Position numbers and translations under genes: made by a program. A stretch of DNA of 64,000 nt from Opitutaceae bacterium (GTDB lineage Bacteria; Verrucomicrobiota; Verrucomicrobiia; Opitutales; Coraliomargaritaceae). This document shows positions 9,784 through 18,782 of the stretch, one piece after another. Every line of letters starts with the position of its first letter. The stretch's first letter is position 1. The DNA lies in contig JBPOFY010000002.1 in NCBI GenBank assembly GCA_051252375.1, positions 32,001-96,000 of the forward strand. The letters are read 5' to 3'. A model generated the notes under the pieces. That model saw nothing but the letters and a program-made list of their open reading frames with translations, had not been told where the DNA came from and did no database searches.

Positions 9784-10197
9784 CTAGATATAATACATCT
9801 CGCCCGGATCCGCGACGATGAAACGATCTAGCGTATAAGTCTTTATTGTCTTTTCAAAATCGGCGCCAATCTCATCCCAGATTTCTGCTACGCGACCACC
9901 GGAGTGACCATCATCTTGGAAATTCCCCTCCAACAGCTCACCTTCAACAGCCTTCACGATCGCATCAAGTCGGATTCGCTCGGGCGGCATGGCAAGCGCA
10001 TAGCCACCTTGCTTCCCTCGCTTACTGACGATGAGCCCCGCATTGCGCAGCTCATTCAAAATCTGCACTAGATAGTTAGCTGGAATCTGCTCTGCATCTG
10101 CCAAGGCATCGATGTGGGCCATTTTCTCTTGCCCGAATGTCCGCGCCAATTGAGCGAGCACACGGCAGGCATATTCAAGTTTATGGGAAAGTTTCAC
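9784..10197 (-). CDS. Rrf2-family transcriptional regulator, CymR-like
   Basis: MKLS.K.EY, IP.NYL.QI...L, S.RG..GGY motifs; no Fe-S cysteine triad; C-terminus EMYYI. Confidence 0.88.
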   Translation of the reverse strand: MKLSHKLEYACRVLAQLARTFGQEKMAHIDALADAEQIPANYLVQILNELRNAGLIVSKRGKQGGYALAMPPERIRLDAIVKAVEGELLEGNFQDDGHSGGRVAEIWDEIGADFEKTIKTYTLDRFIVADPGEMYYI

Positions 10198-10276
10198 GCC
10201 TTAAGTTAGGCTCTTGACTCATAAATGTAAAATTGAATCGACCTTGTTCTTTCATAAGCTTGGATCGCGTAGTGTT

Positions 10277-10978
10277 ATGGAGCTAAGCATCATTTATAGA
10301 GACGAGAATTTCATCGCAATCGACAAGCCTTCGGGGCTCCTCGTCCATCGAACTAGCCTAGACACGCAAGCCACCGAATTTGCGCTTCAAATACTCCGAG
10401 ACCAGATCGGTCAGAATGTGCACCCATGCCATCGACTGGATCGGCCAACCAGCGGCATTCTCCTTTTCGCGCTCAACCCAGAAGCACTGAAATATGCCCA
10501 AAATGTATTTGCTGAGCGCCGAGTCGAAAAAACATACCATGCTATTGTGCGCGGCTGGCCAGAAGAGACAGGCACCATAAACTACGATCTTAGAAGCGAA
10601 GAGAATCGAAAACTCATACAAAATGCTGTGACGGGATTTCGCTGTTTGGCGAAAAGCGAAGTCGACCTTCCCATTGGGCGCTACTCAGCTGCCCGCTACG
10701 CCCTGCTTGAATTGATCCCTACGACTGGACGTAAGCATCAGCTACGCCGGCACCTAGCGCACATACGGCACCCAATCATCGGAGACACTCGCCACGGAGA
10801 TGGCGCTCAAAATCGCTTTATCCGAGAGCATTTTGACTGTAACCGCCTGCTACTACATGCCACTCGACTTTGCTTCAAGTTACCTGAATCAAATAGTTTA
10901 TGTGAAATAGTCGCCAGCGCAGATGACTCGTTTGAATCAGTCTCACGCCATCTTAGGCTGACTCTTCCGCAGGACTGA
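10277..10978 (+). CDS. truC: RluA-family pseudouridine synthase, TruC-like
   Basis: DKPSGLLVH, HRLDRPTSG, TGRKHQLRRH, HPIIGD..HGD and LLLHA motifs; start taken at ATG 10277. Confidence 0.85.
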   Translation: MELSIIYRDENFIAIDKPSGLLVHRTSLDTQATEFALQILRDQIGQNVHPCHRLDRPTSGILLFALNPEALKYAQNVFAERRVEKTYHAIVRGWPEETGTINYDLRSEENRKLIQNAVTGFRCLAKSEVDLPIGRYSAARYALLELIPTTGRKHQLRRHLAHIRHPIIGDTRHGDGAQNRFIREHFDCNRLLLHATRLCFKLPESNSLCEIVASADDSFESVSRHLRLTLPQD

Positions 10979-12833
10979 TGTCCATTTCAGCAGCAAGGCT
11001 TAATATAGTCTTACGCAGAACCTCCAGTTTGATCGGCTTACTCATGTAAGCATTCATTCCTGCTTCAAGGCATCGCTCTTCATCCCCCTGAAGGGCATTC
11101 GCAGTTAAAGCGATAATCTTTACATCTTTATGCGCTTCGCCCGCCTCTCCTTCACGGATCCGCGCAGTCGCCTCAATACCATCCATAACAGGCATCTGTA
11201 AATCCATGAAGACCAAGTCGACCGGATTGCCCTTAAGGTGATCAATCAACTGAGCCCCGTTTTCTGAAAATGCAGCCTGCCATCCCAAGCGTTTAAGCAT
11301 AATCATTAATACACGCTGATTAGCGGCATTATCTTCAGCAACAGCGATCGTCAGAGGGTAAAGCTCGCCAGGCTTCGCATCAGAATCCCCTGTATCCAGG
11401 ACTTTCACTACTTTCGCTTCCTTAGCCGGGATTTCCGGTTCAACTTGAGTAGAAATTTTTAGTGGCAAACGAGTAAAGAAACTAGTGCCCTCCCCTTCCT
11501 TACTAGTTACCCAAACACGCCCGCCCATGGCCTCAGCCAAGCGCTTGCAAATTGCCAGCCCTAAACCGGTACCACCATATTTTCGGGTGGTCGAAGTGTC
11601 CCCTTGTGAAAACGGGCGGAACAACCTTTGCAATTGCTGCTTGTTCATACCGATTCCCGTGTCACGAACCTCAAATTCGATTTCGCAGACGCCTTCCTCT
11701 TCCGACAGTGAATAGCAATCGACACTCAGTAATACAGAACCTTCATGAGTAAACTTCACCGCATTGGCCAATAGATTTGTGATAATCTGCCTCAGACGAT
11801 TTTCATCACCGAGCACTTGCCGTGGAATACGTTCATCGATATCTACCTGCAGATTTATGCCCTTCTTCGCGGTATCATTAAAAAATACAGATGTCGTATC
11901 GCGTAACATGCGTGTCAAATGAAAGTCGCGGACCTCAAGATTCAAATGTCCGGATTCAATCTTCGAGAAGTCGAGCACATCGTTGATCAAAGCCATTAAC
12001 GCCTCGCCACTGCTGCGTACTGTTTCCGCATACTCTCTTTGCTCCGAGTTAAGCTCTGTCCCTAAGAGCATTTCCATAAATCCAATAACCCCGTTCAGTG
12101 GAGTACGAATTTCATGACTCATTGTAGCGAGGAAATCACTTTTCGCTTTATTCGCAATGTCCGCTGAACGCGCGGACTGTTCGGCCTGCTGAATGACTTC
12201 GTTCAACCGAGCATTCACTAACTCTAGTTGATTTCGCGCGATCTCAGCGTCCTCCATCATGCTCAAAGCCAATTTACGACCCTGCTTTAGCTCATTCGCA
12301 CGACGCATCAAATGCTCATTGGCACTAACAAGCTCGACTTCTGCACGTCGCCAGCGTTGTTCCGTTTCATTACGAATACGCACAGTATGCCGCATCGTCT
12401 CCACGATATCGTCAAACTCGATCAAATCGAAAGCTTGGGGCATCAACGCCGAACCTTCACGTCCGCTACTTGCCAAACGCTCATCCAATAAATCCAAATT
12501 CTTCTGAACAATCGCAGAAACATGCCTTGAGACCAAAATCGGCACTGAAATGCCGATCACACAGATAACAAAAGCCAGCGTAAGATCTTGAACAAGTTGA
12601 CGATTGATGCCCTGCACACGCTCCGACCGGATCAGGTCAATCTCTGCCATGTAAGAATAATCCCCGCTAGCCATCAAGCTGTCCATCTGACGGTGAACTT
12701 GGTCCCGAGCTTCAACATAATCATTCACTTTAGACGTGGTCAACCAACCAACGACTAGCAACATCACCAGCGCAACAGGTAATCCGGCATGTATATTCAA
12801 CATCCGGCGAATCGACTGTCTCGGTCTACTCAA
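10953..12833 (-). CDS. Membrane hybrid histidine kinase (HisKA-HATPase-REC)
   Basis: Two N-terminal TMs, coiled coil, [16 protein letters not shown]-box, N/G1/F/G2 boxes, receiver with FMDLQMP and SKP. Confidence 0.93.
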   Translation of the reverse strand: MSRPRQSIRRMLNIHAGLPVALVMLLVVGWLTTSKVNDYVEARDQVHRQMDSLMASGDYSYMAEIDLIRSERVQGINRQLVQDLTLAFVICVIGISVPILVSRHVSAIVQKNLDLLDERLASSGREGSALMPQAFDLIEFDDIVETMRHTVRIRNETEQRWRRAEVELVSANEHLMRRANELKQGRKLALSMMEDAEIARNQLELVNARLNEVIQQAEQSARSADIANKAKSDFLATMSHEIRTPLNGVIGFMEMLLGTELNSEQREYAETVRSSGEALMALINDVLDFSKIESGHLNLEVRDFHLTRMLRDTTSVFFNDTAKKGINLQVDIDERIPRQVLGDENRLRQIITNLLANAVKFTHEGSVLLSVDCYSLSEEEGVCEIEFEVRDTGIGMNKQQLQRLFRPFSQGDTSTTRKYGGTGLGLAICKRLAEAMGGRVWVTSKEGEGTSFFTRLPLKISTQVEPEIPAKEAKVVKVLDTGDSDAKPGELYPLTIAVAEDNAANQRVLMIMLKRLGWQAAFSENGAQLIDHLKGNPVDLVFMDLQMPVMDGIEATARIREGEAGEAHKDVKIIALTANALQGDEERCLEAGMNAYMSKPIKLEVLRKTILSLAAEMDISPAEESA

Positions 12834-13644
12834 TGATCAAATTCCCCTTTTTCTGACGTTCCAGTTTAACGCTATACTTAGTGTCATCCGAGTTAGCATC
12901 TACGCGATAACGTGGACTTTCCTTGGCCGCCGCCATCAGTTCATTCACCTCCGCTTTCAACTCTAGTATCCGTTCTTCACGACGGACCATGCCCTTGCGG
13001 AAACGCTCCAGATCGCCGCTTATTTGCTCAATATCTTCGGACACATCTACTGTTGGATTCGATACAAAAAAAGCCGCTTCAATACGATCCGACTCTTCCA
13101 AATAATATGCACTCATTAACAAATCAATCTGCTTACCATCGGGGCGTCGGCATTGTATCGCCTGACGTAGCCCTCTAGATCCCTTTGAAATATGCCCCAC
13201 CAATGATTCCAAGCCTGCGGCCTCAACTCCTAAAACTTGCTCTAAATTATCCCCACGAAGATCCACACCAGAACCAATCCCTAGCAAGTCAAAGAAACCA
13301 ATACTAGCACGCTCGATTTTCAAAGTGCTCGCATCAAACTCTACGAGACAGGCTAAGGACTGCATATATAAGTGCTCTAGACGGGCATTATGCTCACTCG
13401 CCTCATCCAAGTACCTCTTTTCTATGGCTTGCAAACTGCGCACAAGTGCTCGCTCTCGATACACATAAGCACCCACAAAAATCCCGACAAGACTGGCGGC
13501 ATATATAAGTCCTTCATCTGCATCATTAAACAAAGGTAGCACCAGCCAAAATAACAAGGCTACTACAGTCGCAACGAATGCCGCTACCATGATGCTGGCG
13601 CTTTGGTGCGAGCGAACGCTCTCTGATCTTTGGCGAGGTAACAT
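12826..13644 (-). CDS. Membrane PAS-domain protein with a C-terminal coiled coil and no kinase core
   Basis: Two TMs, PAS-like region (CRRPDGKQIDL), tail RREERILELKAEVNEL...PRY; overlaps the kinase start by 8 bp. Confidence 0.7.
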   Translation of the reverse strand: MLPRQRSESVRSHQSASIMVAAFVATVVALLFWLVLPLFNDADEGLIYAASLVGIFVGAYVYRERALVRSLQAIEKRYLDEASEHNARLEHLYMQSLACLVEFDASTLKIERASIGFFDLLGIGSGVDLRGDNLEQVLGVEAAGLESLVGHISKGSRGLRQAIQCRRPDGKQIDLLMSAYYLEESDRIEAAFFVSNPTVDVSEDIEQISGDLERFRKGMVRREERILELKAEVNELMAAAKESPRYRVDANSDDTKYSVKLERQKKGNLIIE

Positions 13645-13668
13645 AGGGGGGTCGTTAACTAAACTTAT

Positions 13669-13688
13669 TCTAGGTAACTATACCTAGA
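13669..13688. promoter_or_regulatory. Candidate operator palindrome upstream of the PAS protein/kinase operon
   Basis: Perfect inverted repeat TCTAGGTA-ACTA-TACCTAGA, about 25 bp upstream of the ATG at 13644. Confidence 0.4.
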
Positions 13689-13765
13689 CAATAAGTAGCT
13701 AGGAGGGAGAACTAGCAACGAAAATTTACAGAACAACGGCTGTCATCGCTACGTTACTCACATCA

Positions 13766-14131
13766 TTAAAGGGTCACCTCAAGAGCATCTGCCCAAAGTC
13801 GGTCCAACTGATATAATTCTCGCATCTCCTGAGTCTGCAAATGCACCATAAAGTCAAAGGCATCCACAACCAACCAGCCACTGCCCACCTCGCGGTCTTC
13901 GCCAATAAGATGAACTCCTGCATCTTTCAAAGCTTGATCCAATGCACCTTTCAGTGCCTTCAAGTGAGGATTCGACGTGCCAGTCGACAGGACCAAATAA
14001 TCTGTGATCGAAGACTTGCCCCGGACGTCAAGGACTCGAATCGATTCCCCCTTTTTGTCCTCAATGGCAGCTACTGCCATACGGATTTCGTCCAGTGTAG
14101 AGCGTTTAGTTTGTTTCTTGGTAGTCGACAT
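13766..14131 (-). CDS. rsfS: Ribosome silencing factor (Iojap)
   Basis: DKKG.....LDV, TDY.V, W...D.....VH and R..Y.LDRLW motifs; follows nadD, a conserved arrangement. Confidence 0.93.
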   Translation of the reverse strand: MSTTKKQTKRSTLDEIRMAVAAIEDKKGESIRVLDVRGKSSITDYLVLSTGTSNPHLKALKGALDQALKDAGVHLIGEDREVGSGWLVVDAFDFMVHLQTQEMRELYQLDRLWADALEVTL

Positions 14132-14139
14132 AAGTATAT

Positions 14140-14748
14140 TTAAAGCGCCTTGGTATAAAGACCGCTCTCAGAAATGAAAGCCTCAACTGCACTAGGAACC
14201 AGTCCTTCAATCGATAATCCCCCCTGACAGCGACGGCGAATCTCAGTAGAGCTCTCCTCCATCATCGGCGCATCCACCTCAAAATAGTTCAAACCTTCGA
14301 CCGAAGGGGCCTTCAAAGTCGAGCCTGGGCGCCCAAAAACCAAAAATGTGACCATCTCTGCCATCACTTCAATTTCTCGCCAACGCTCGAGCTGCTCGAA
14401 TTGATCGGCTCCAATCATCCAAAACACTTCGGCGTTCACATAATGCGCCTTAAAATAGCGGACTGTATCGACAGAATAACTGATGCCCCCCTTTTCCACT
14501 TCAAATGTATCCACCTTGAAACGCTGCTCACCATCGGTCGCGAGCTCCAGCATCTCAACTCGTTCCTCGGCTGTGGCCATCGGCAAGTTCTCTTTCAGGG
14601 GCGATTGCGCCGATGGAATAAAGATAAGACGATCCAAACCCACTTGCTTCAATGCATAGCGAGCAATCGTCAAATGAGCATTATGGACAGGGTCGAACCC
14701 GCCACCATATAGAGCGAGCCGCTGTATGTCTGTATTTACTGATGCCAT
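14140..14748 (-). CDS. nadD: Nicotinate-nucleotide adenylyltransferase
   Basis: YGG.FDPVHNAH, SP.K, SYSVDT, IGADQ...L..W and SSTEIR motifs; start taken at ATG 14748. Confidence 0.93.
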   Translation of the reverse strand: MASVNTDIQRLALYGGGFDPVHNAHLTIARYALKQVGLDRLIFIPSAQSPLKENLPMATAEERVEMLELATDGEQRFKVDTFEVEKGGISYSVDTVRYFKAHYVNAEVFWMIGADQFEQLERWREIEVMAEMVTFLVFGRPGSTLKAPSVEGLNYFEVDAPMMEESSTEIRRRCQGGLSIEGLVPSAVEAFISESGLYTKAL

Positions 14749-14933
14749 TTGCTTACTGATTAATAGATATATACTCACATCCCAAACATGGGAATAGCGC
14801 AATGCTAGCAATGTAGAGATAACATGCAACCCGTCTCTTCTCCGTATTTGAAGCCGTTTTCCAGCTCACCTAAAGCAGTTAAACGCTCAATAAATACCTT
14901 GTCCTAGACCCCACCACAAACATAACTATAGCT

Positions 14934-16913
14934 GTGCCTGCAATACCCCAAGATCAGTCTATAATATCACCCCGCAAATTGCTTCTACTGAGCCCAAACC
15001 CAGAGGAAGAATTAATTTTAAATCAATACATCCAAGATGCTAAAATCGACAACTACACACTGCAGCGCATTTCACACCTACACGAATTAAAGGGGTTTGA
15101 GTTAAGCACTATGTGCGACGCGGTGCTTTTGGACATGCGGATAGAACGCACTGATGTCATTGAAGCGATTAATCACTTAGCGAGTAAAAAGGGTCCTGTC
15201 GCACTCATCTGCCTTTGCCGTAATCATAAGCAATTGCGCAACTATATCGATGTCATTCACCTCATCGACGATTATATTTTAGCAGAATCACTTACAGAAG
15301 GCGAACTGACCACCCGCGTCTCACACGCGATCCGCCGCTGCCAGACAGAGTTTCAATTGCTCTCCGAGCAGAATCTATTGAAAGCATTGTTAGATAATAT
15401 TCCCGATGCGATTTACTTTAAAGACAGGAATAGCCGTTTCCTTAAAGTGAATTCAGCAATGGCTAAGCAATATGGTCATAGCCAGGCGCATGAATTGATC
15501 GGAAAATCAGATTTTGACTTATTCACCAAAGAACACGCACAGCCGGCCTATGATGATGAACAGCGTATCATACAAACTGGTGAACCGGTGATTGGTAAAA
15601 TTGAGAAGGAGACACTACCCAATGGTAAAATAAATTGGGTGACCACGACCAAACTACCGCTTCGCAACGAGCATGACGAAACCATCGGAACGATGGGTAT
15701 CTCCCGCACGGTTACTGAGCTCAAGGAAACTCAAGAAGCACTATCCCGCGAATCTGCCTTGCTCAACACCATCATTGATCATGCGCTAGCAGGCATATAC
15801 GTCAAAGATCGCGAAGGTCGCTACCTTATAGTGAACAAACGCCATGCCACTTATCTTGGTGCCTCAACTCCAGATGCAGTACGCAATAAACAACTCTTTG
15901 ACTTCTTTCCACATGATGAAGCCAGCCGAATCAATGAGCTAGACCAAACCATCATGGAAAAAAATCAAGGCATGGAAAACATGATTGATGAGCGCAGGCT
16001 TCCTGGCGGCGAATTTGGTTGGCTCCTGACCAGTAAAGTCCCCTTCCATGACGAATCCGGAAAATGCATCGGCTTAGTTGGTATCTCTCAAGACATCACG
16101 CTACAGAAGAATGTCGAATTACAACTTAAGTCGACCATCCAAACCCTGGAAGAAACCAAGCTCCAACTAATTGAGGCCGAAAAATTAAAAACCGTCGGGC
16201 GGTTGGCGGCGGGCATCGCCCATGAAGTCAAAAATCCCCTTGCTGTGGTTCTCTTAGGTGTCGATTTCTTGAAAAGTCAGTTGGCTGATAATACTGAATT
16301 AAGAGAGATGCTAGAGGACATGCATCAAGCCGTAAACAAAGCCAACGATGTCGTGTTTGAACTCTTAGACTATTCTTCGCCACATGAAGTCAGTTTAGTG
16401 CCTTCATCGATCAATACTGCCATACATAGAGTCCTCTTGCTCATGAGACATAATCTACGTGAAGCTCAGATCGATCTAATTGATGAATGTAGCCCCGATC
16501 TACCCGACGTCCTCATCGATGCATCAAAAATCGACCAAGTCTTCATCAATCTGATACTCAACGCTATATCCGTAATGAAAAATGGCGGTCAAATCACTAT
16601 TAGAACTTATAAACAGCGTATGAGCACAGCAGGTTCTAATGTCTCCAGCGACATGACCGAGCTCTTTTGCATCGGAGACATTATAGTCATCGTCGAAATT
16701 CTAGATACTGGAACAGGCATCAACAAGAAGGACGAACCCAAGCTTTTTGACCCATTCTATTCAACCAAATCTACAGAAGAAGGCACTGGACTAGGATTAT
16801 CTGTCACGCGTAGTATTGTGGACATGCACCGCGGAATGATCACACTGGAAAATCGCGAGGATACGCAGGGTGCTTGTGCTCGCCTTCTATTTCCCACAGC
16901 AGAACAAAAATGA
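14934..16913 (+). CDS. Soluble sensor histidine kinase: degenerate receiver + 2 PAS + HisKA/HATPase
   Basis: Two IY.KD..R PAS repeats, AGIAHEVKNPL H-box, NLILNA, DTGTG, FDPFYSTK and GTGLGL. Confidence 0.92.
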   Translation: MPAIPQDQSIISPRKLLLLSPNPEEELILNQYIQDAKIDNYTLQRISHLHELKGFELSTMCDAVLLDMRIERTDVIEAINHLASKKGPVALICLCRNHKQLRNYIDVIHLIDDYILAESLTEGELTTRVSHAIRRCQTEFQLLSEQNLLKALLDNIPDAIYFKDRNSRFLKVNSAMAKQYGHSQAHELIGKSDFDLFTKEHAQPAYDDEQRIIQTGEPVIGKIEKETLPNGKINWVTTTKLPLRNEHDETIGTMGISRTVTELKETQEALSRESALLNTIIDHALAGIYVKDREGRYLIVNKRHATYLGASTPDAVRNKQLFDFFPHDEASRINELDQTIMEKNQGMENMIDERRLPGGEFGWLLTSKVPFHDESGKCIGLVGISQDITLQKNVELQLKSTIQTLEETKLQLIEAEKLKTVGRLAAGIAHEVKNPLAVVLLGVDFLKSQLADNTELREMLEDMHQAVNKANDVVFELLDYSSPHEVSLVPSSINTAIHRVLLLMRHNLREAQIDLIDECSPDLPDVLIDASKIDQVFINLILNAISVMKNGGQITIRTYKQRMSTAGSNVSSDMTELFCIGDIIVIVEILDTGTGINKKDEPKLFDPFYSTKSTEEGTGLGLSVTRSIVDMHRGMITLENREDTQGACARLLFPTAEQK

Positions 16914-17302
16914 GCGAAACAACTAATAATACCCCCATCCGAGTTTTAATCATCGACGATGAAGCTCCCTTCACTCGCATGGTTAAATTAAACCTGCAAA
17001 ACGCCGGCAATTATCTCGTTGAAACCTTAAACGAGAGTCCGCAGGCCCGAATAGTGGCCAAAGCGTTTAAGCCTGATGTAATTCTACTGGATGTTGTTAT
17101 GCCAGAAGCCGATGGTGGCGACGTGGCAGCTATGCTGCGTGCAGGCGACGCGACTAAGCACATACCTATTATTTTCGTATCAGCCATGGTTTCCCGAAAA
17201 GAGTCTAACAAAGGGCTGTATCAAAGTGGCGGCGAATACTTCCTCGCCAAACCCGTGAATTCCGACCTTTTGATTGATGCCATTTCTCGAGTTCTAAGTT
17301 AG
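16910..17302 (+). CDS. Single-domain response regulator
   Basis: IIDDE, LLDVVMP..DG, VSA and AKP motifs; ATGA overlap with the kinase stop. Confidence 0.9.
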   Translation: MSETTNNTPIRVLIIDDEAPFTRMVKLNLQNAGNYLVETLNESPQARIVAKAFKPDVILLDVVMPEADGGDVAAMLRAGDATKHIPIIFVSAMVSRKESNKGLYQSGGEYFLAKPVNSDLLIDAISRVLS

Positions 17303-17368
17303 CACGCAACATGCTTGCGGTATTGCTAAAAAGACCTTTTCCCTAAGGTCTGACGCATCTTAACCGCT

Positions 17369-18763
17369 ATGACTGTCCAAAAAGAACTCAGCACCTACGA
17401 AAAAGCCCTAGCCATTAATTTGGACTTAGGGAAATATGGCGTCTTCGCCGAAATCGGCGCAGGCCAAGAAACGGCCAATTGGTTTTTCAGAGTCTCCGGG
17501 AGCGCTGGAACCGTAGCAAAAACGATTTCAGCCTATGATATGACGATGAGCGATGCCCTATACGGCAAAGCCAGCCGTTACGTTTCTGAAGAACGCTTAC
17601 AGGCAATGCTTCAGTATGAATACGACTTACTGGATCAACGGCTTTCGCCGGCACGGGCCGACGACACGACATTCTTTTCGTTTTGTAATACCGTTCGTGC
17701 CCGAGGCTATCAAGACTCCGGCGAATGCCATGGCTGGCTGGGAGTGCGTTTCCAACTAAAGCCAAACACCCCGCCATGTGAAATCGTCCTCCATCTTCGC
17801 TTGCTCGATGAAACAAATGCCGACCAGATGGATGCGCTCGGCAAAGTCGGCGTCAATTTGATCTATGCCGCATTTTACCATCGCGACAGCCTTCAGACAT
17901 TCGTCGAAACACTGAACGACGGACTGATCAACGGCCGCGTAGAAGTCGACATGTTGCGTTTTTCAGGAGAAGGCTTCCGCTATGTAGACAATCGCCTCTG
18001 CGCACTGCAGCTGGTGCAAAGTGGGCTATCTGATGCCGCCATGTTCAACAAACACGGTGAAGTCGTGCAAGCGGCCGACGCACTCTATAAACGCCCTATC
18101 ATGCTCCTGCGCGGCAGTTTCAATCCAGTGCTCAAATTGCATCTCGATATGATCGAGCAAGCTAGATCGGTATTTTCTAATGTGCTTTCAGCCGAGCAAA
18201 TGTCGCGTTCGATGGAACTCTGTGAAATTAGCACAAACAATTTACTACGCGATGGCACAGTCGACCACGAAGACTTCATCAATCGTGCAGATGCACTTCA
18301 AGCGCTCGACAAAACTGTACTCATTTCACGAAGCGCCGAATTCCACCGCATCGCCACCTATCTGAGTCGATATACGGAAGAACCAATCGCCATTATTCTC
18401 AGTATCGGCTTACTGAATGAACTCTTTAAAGACAAGTGGTCAGCCAATTTACCTGGCGGCATACTAGAATCGTTCGGAAGACTCTTCAAAAATAGCGTCC
18501 AACTTTTCGTCTACCCCTGGCACAACACGAAGAGCAAAGAGCTCGTCACCGCCGACAACTTTAAAGCGCCGAAAAATTGGCAGCACTTCTATCAACACTT
18601 AATTGAAAATAAGCGCATCCATGCAGTGGGTGTAGGTGATCCTTCACTACTATCAATGACCAGCCGAAAGACATTGGCCTTAATTGAATCTGGAGCTGAA
18701 GGATGGGAGAATTGGATACCCGAAGCTGCGCTCGAAATGGTGCACAGGCAATACAAGCGATAG
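17369..18763 (+). CDS. Conserved protein with CinA/PncC-like N-terminus and nucleotidyltransferase-like C-terminus (NMN adenylyltransferase-like)
   Basis: FAEIGAGQE, AKTISAYDM..SD..YG, RYVS..RL..ML and LRGSFNPV...H motifs; no signal peptide or beta-barrel. Confidence 0.6.
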   Translation: MTVQKELSTYEKALAINLDLGKYGVFAEIGAGQETANWFFRVSGSAGTVAKTISAYDMTMSDALYGKASRYVSEERLQAMLQYEYDLLDQRLSPARADDTTFFSFCNTVRARGYQDSGECHGWLGVRFQLKPNTPPCEIVLHLRLLDETNADQMDALGKVGVNLIYAAFYHRDSLQTFVETLNDGLINGRVEVDMLRFSGEGFRYVDNRLCALQLVQSGLSDAAMFNKHGEVVQAADALYKRPIMLLRGSFNPVLKLHLDMIEQARSVFSNVLSAEQMSRSMELCEISTNNLLRDGTVDHEDFINRADALQALDKTVLISRSAEFHRIATYLSRYTEEPIAIILSIGLLNELFKDKWSANLPGGILESFGRLFKNSVQLFVYPWHNTKSKELVTADNFKAPKNWQHFYQHLIENKRIHAVGVGDPSLLSMTSRKTLALIESGAEGWENWIPEAALEMVHRQYKR

Positions 18764-18782
18764 ATCGCTCGCCCCCAGCAAC

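Noticed and set aside
17369..18763. Outer-membrane receptor interpretation of this protein
   Set aside because: No signal peptide, no amphipathic beta-strands and no C-terminal Phe; it looks like a cytoplasmic alpha/beta protein.
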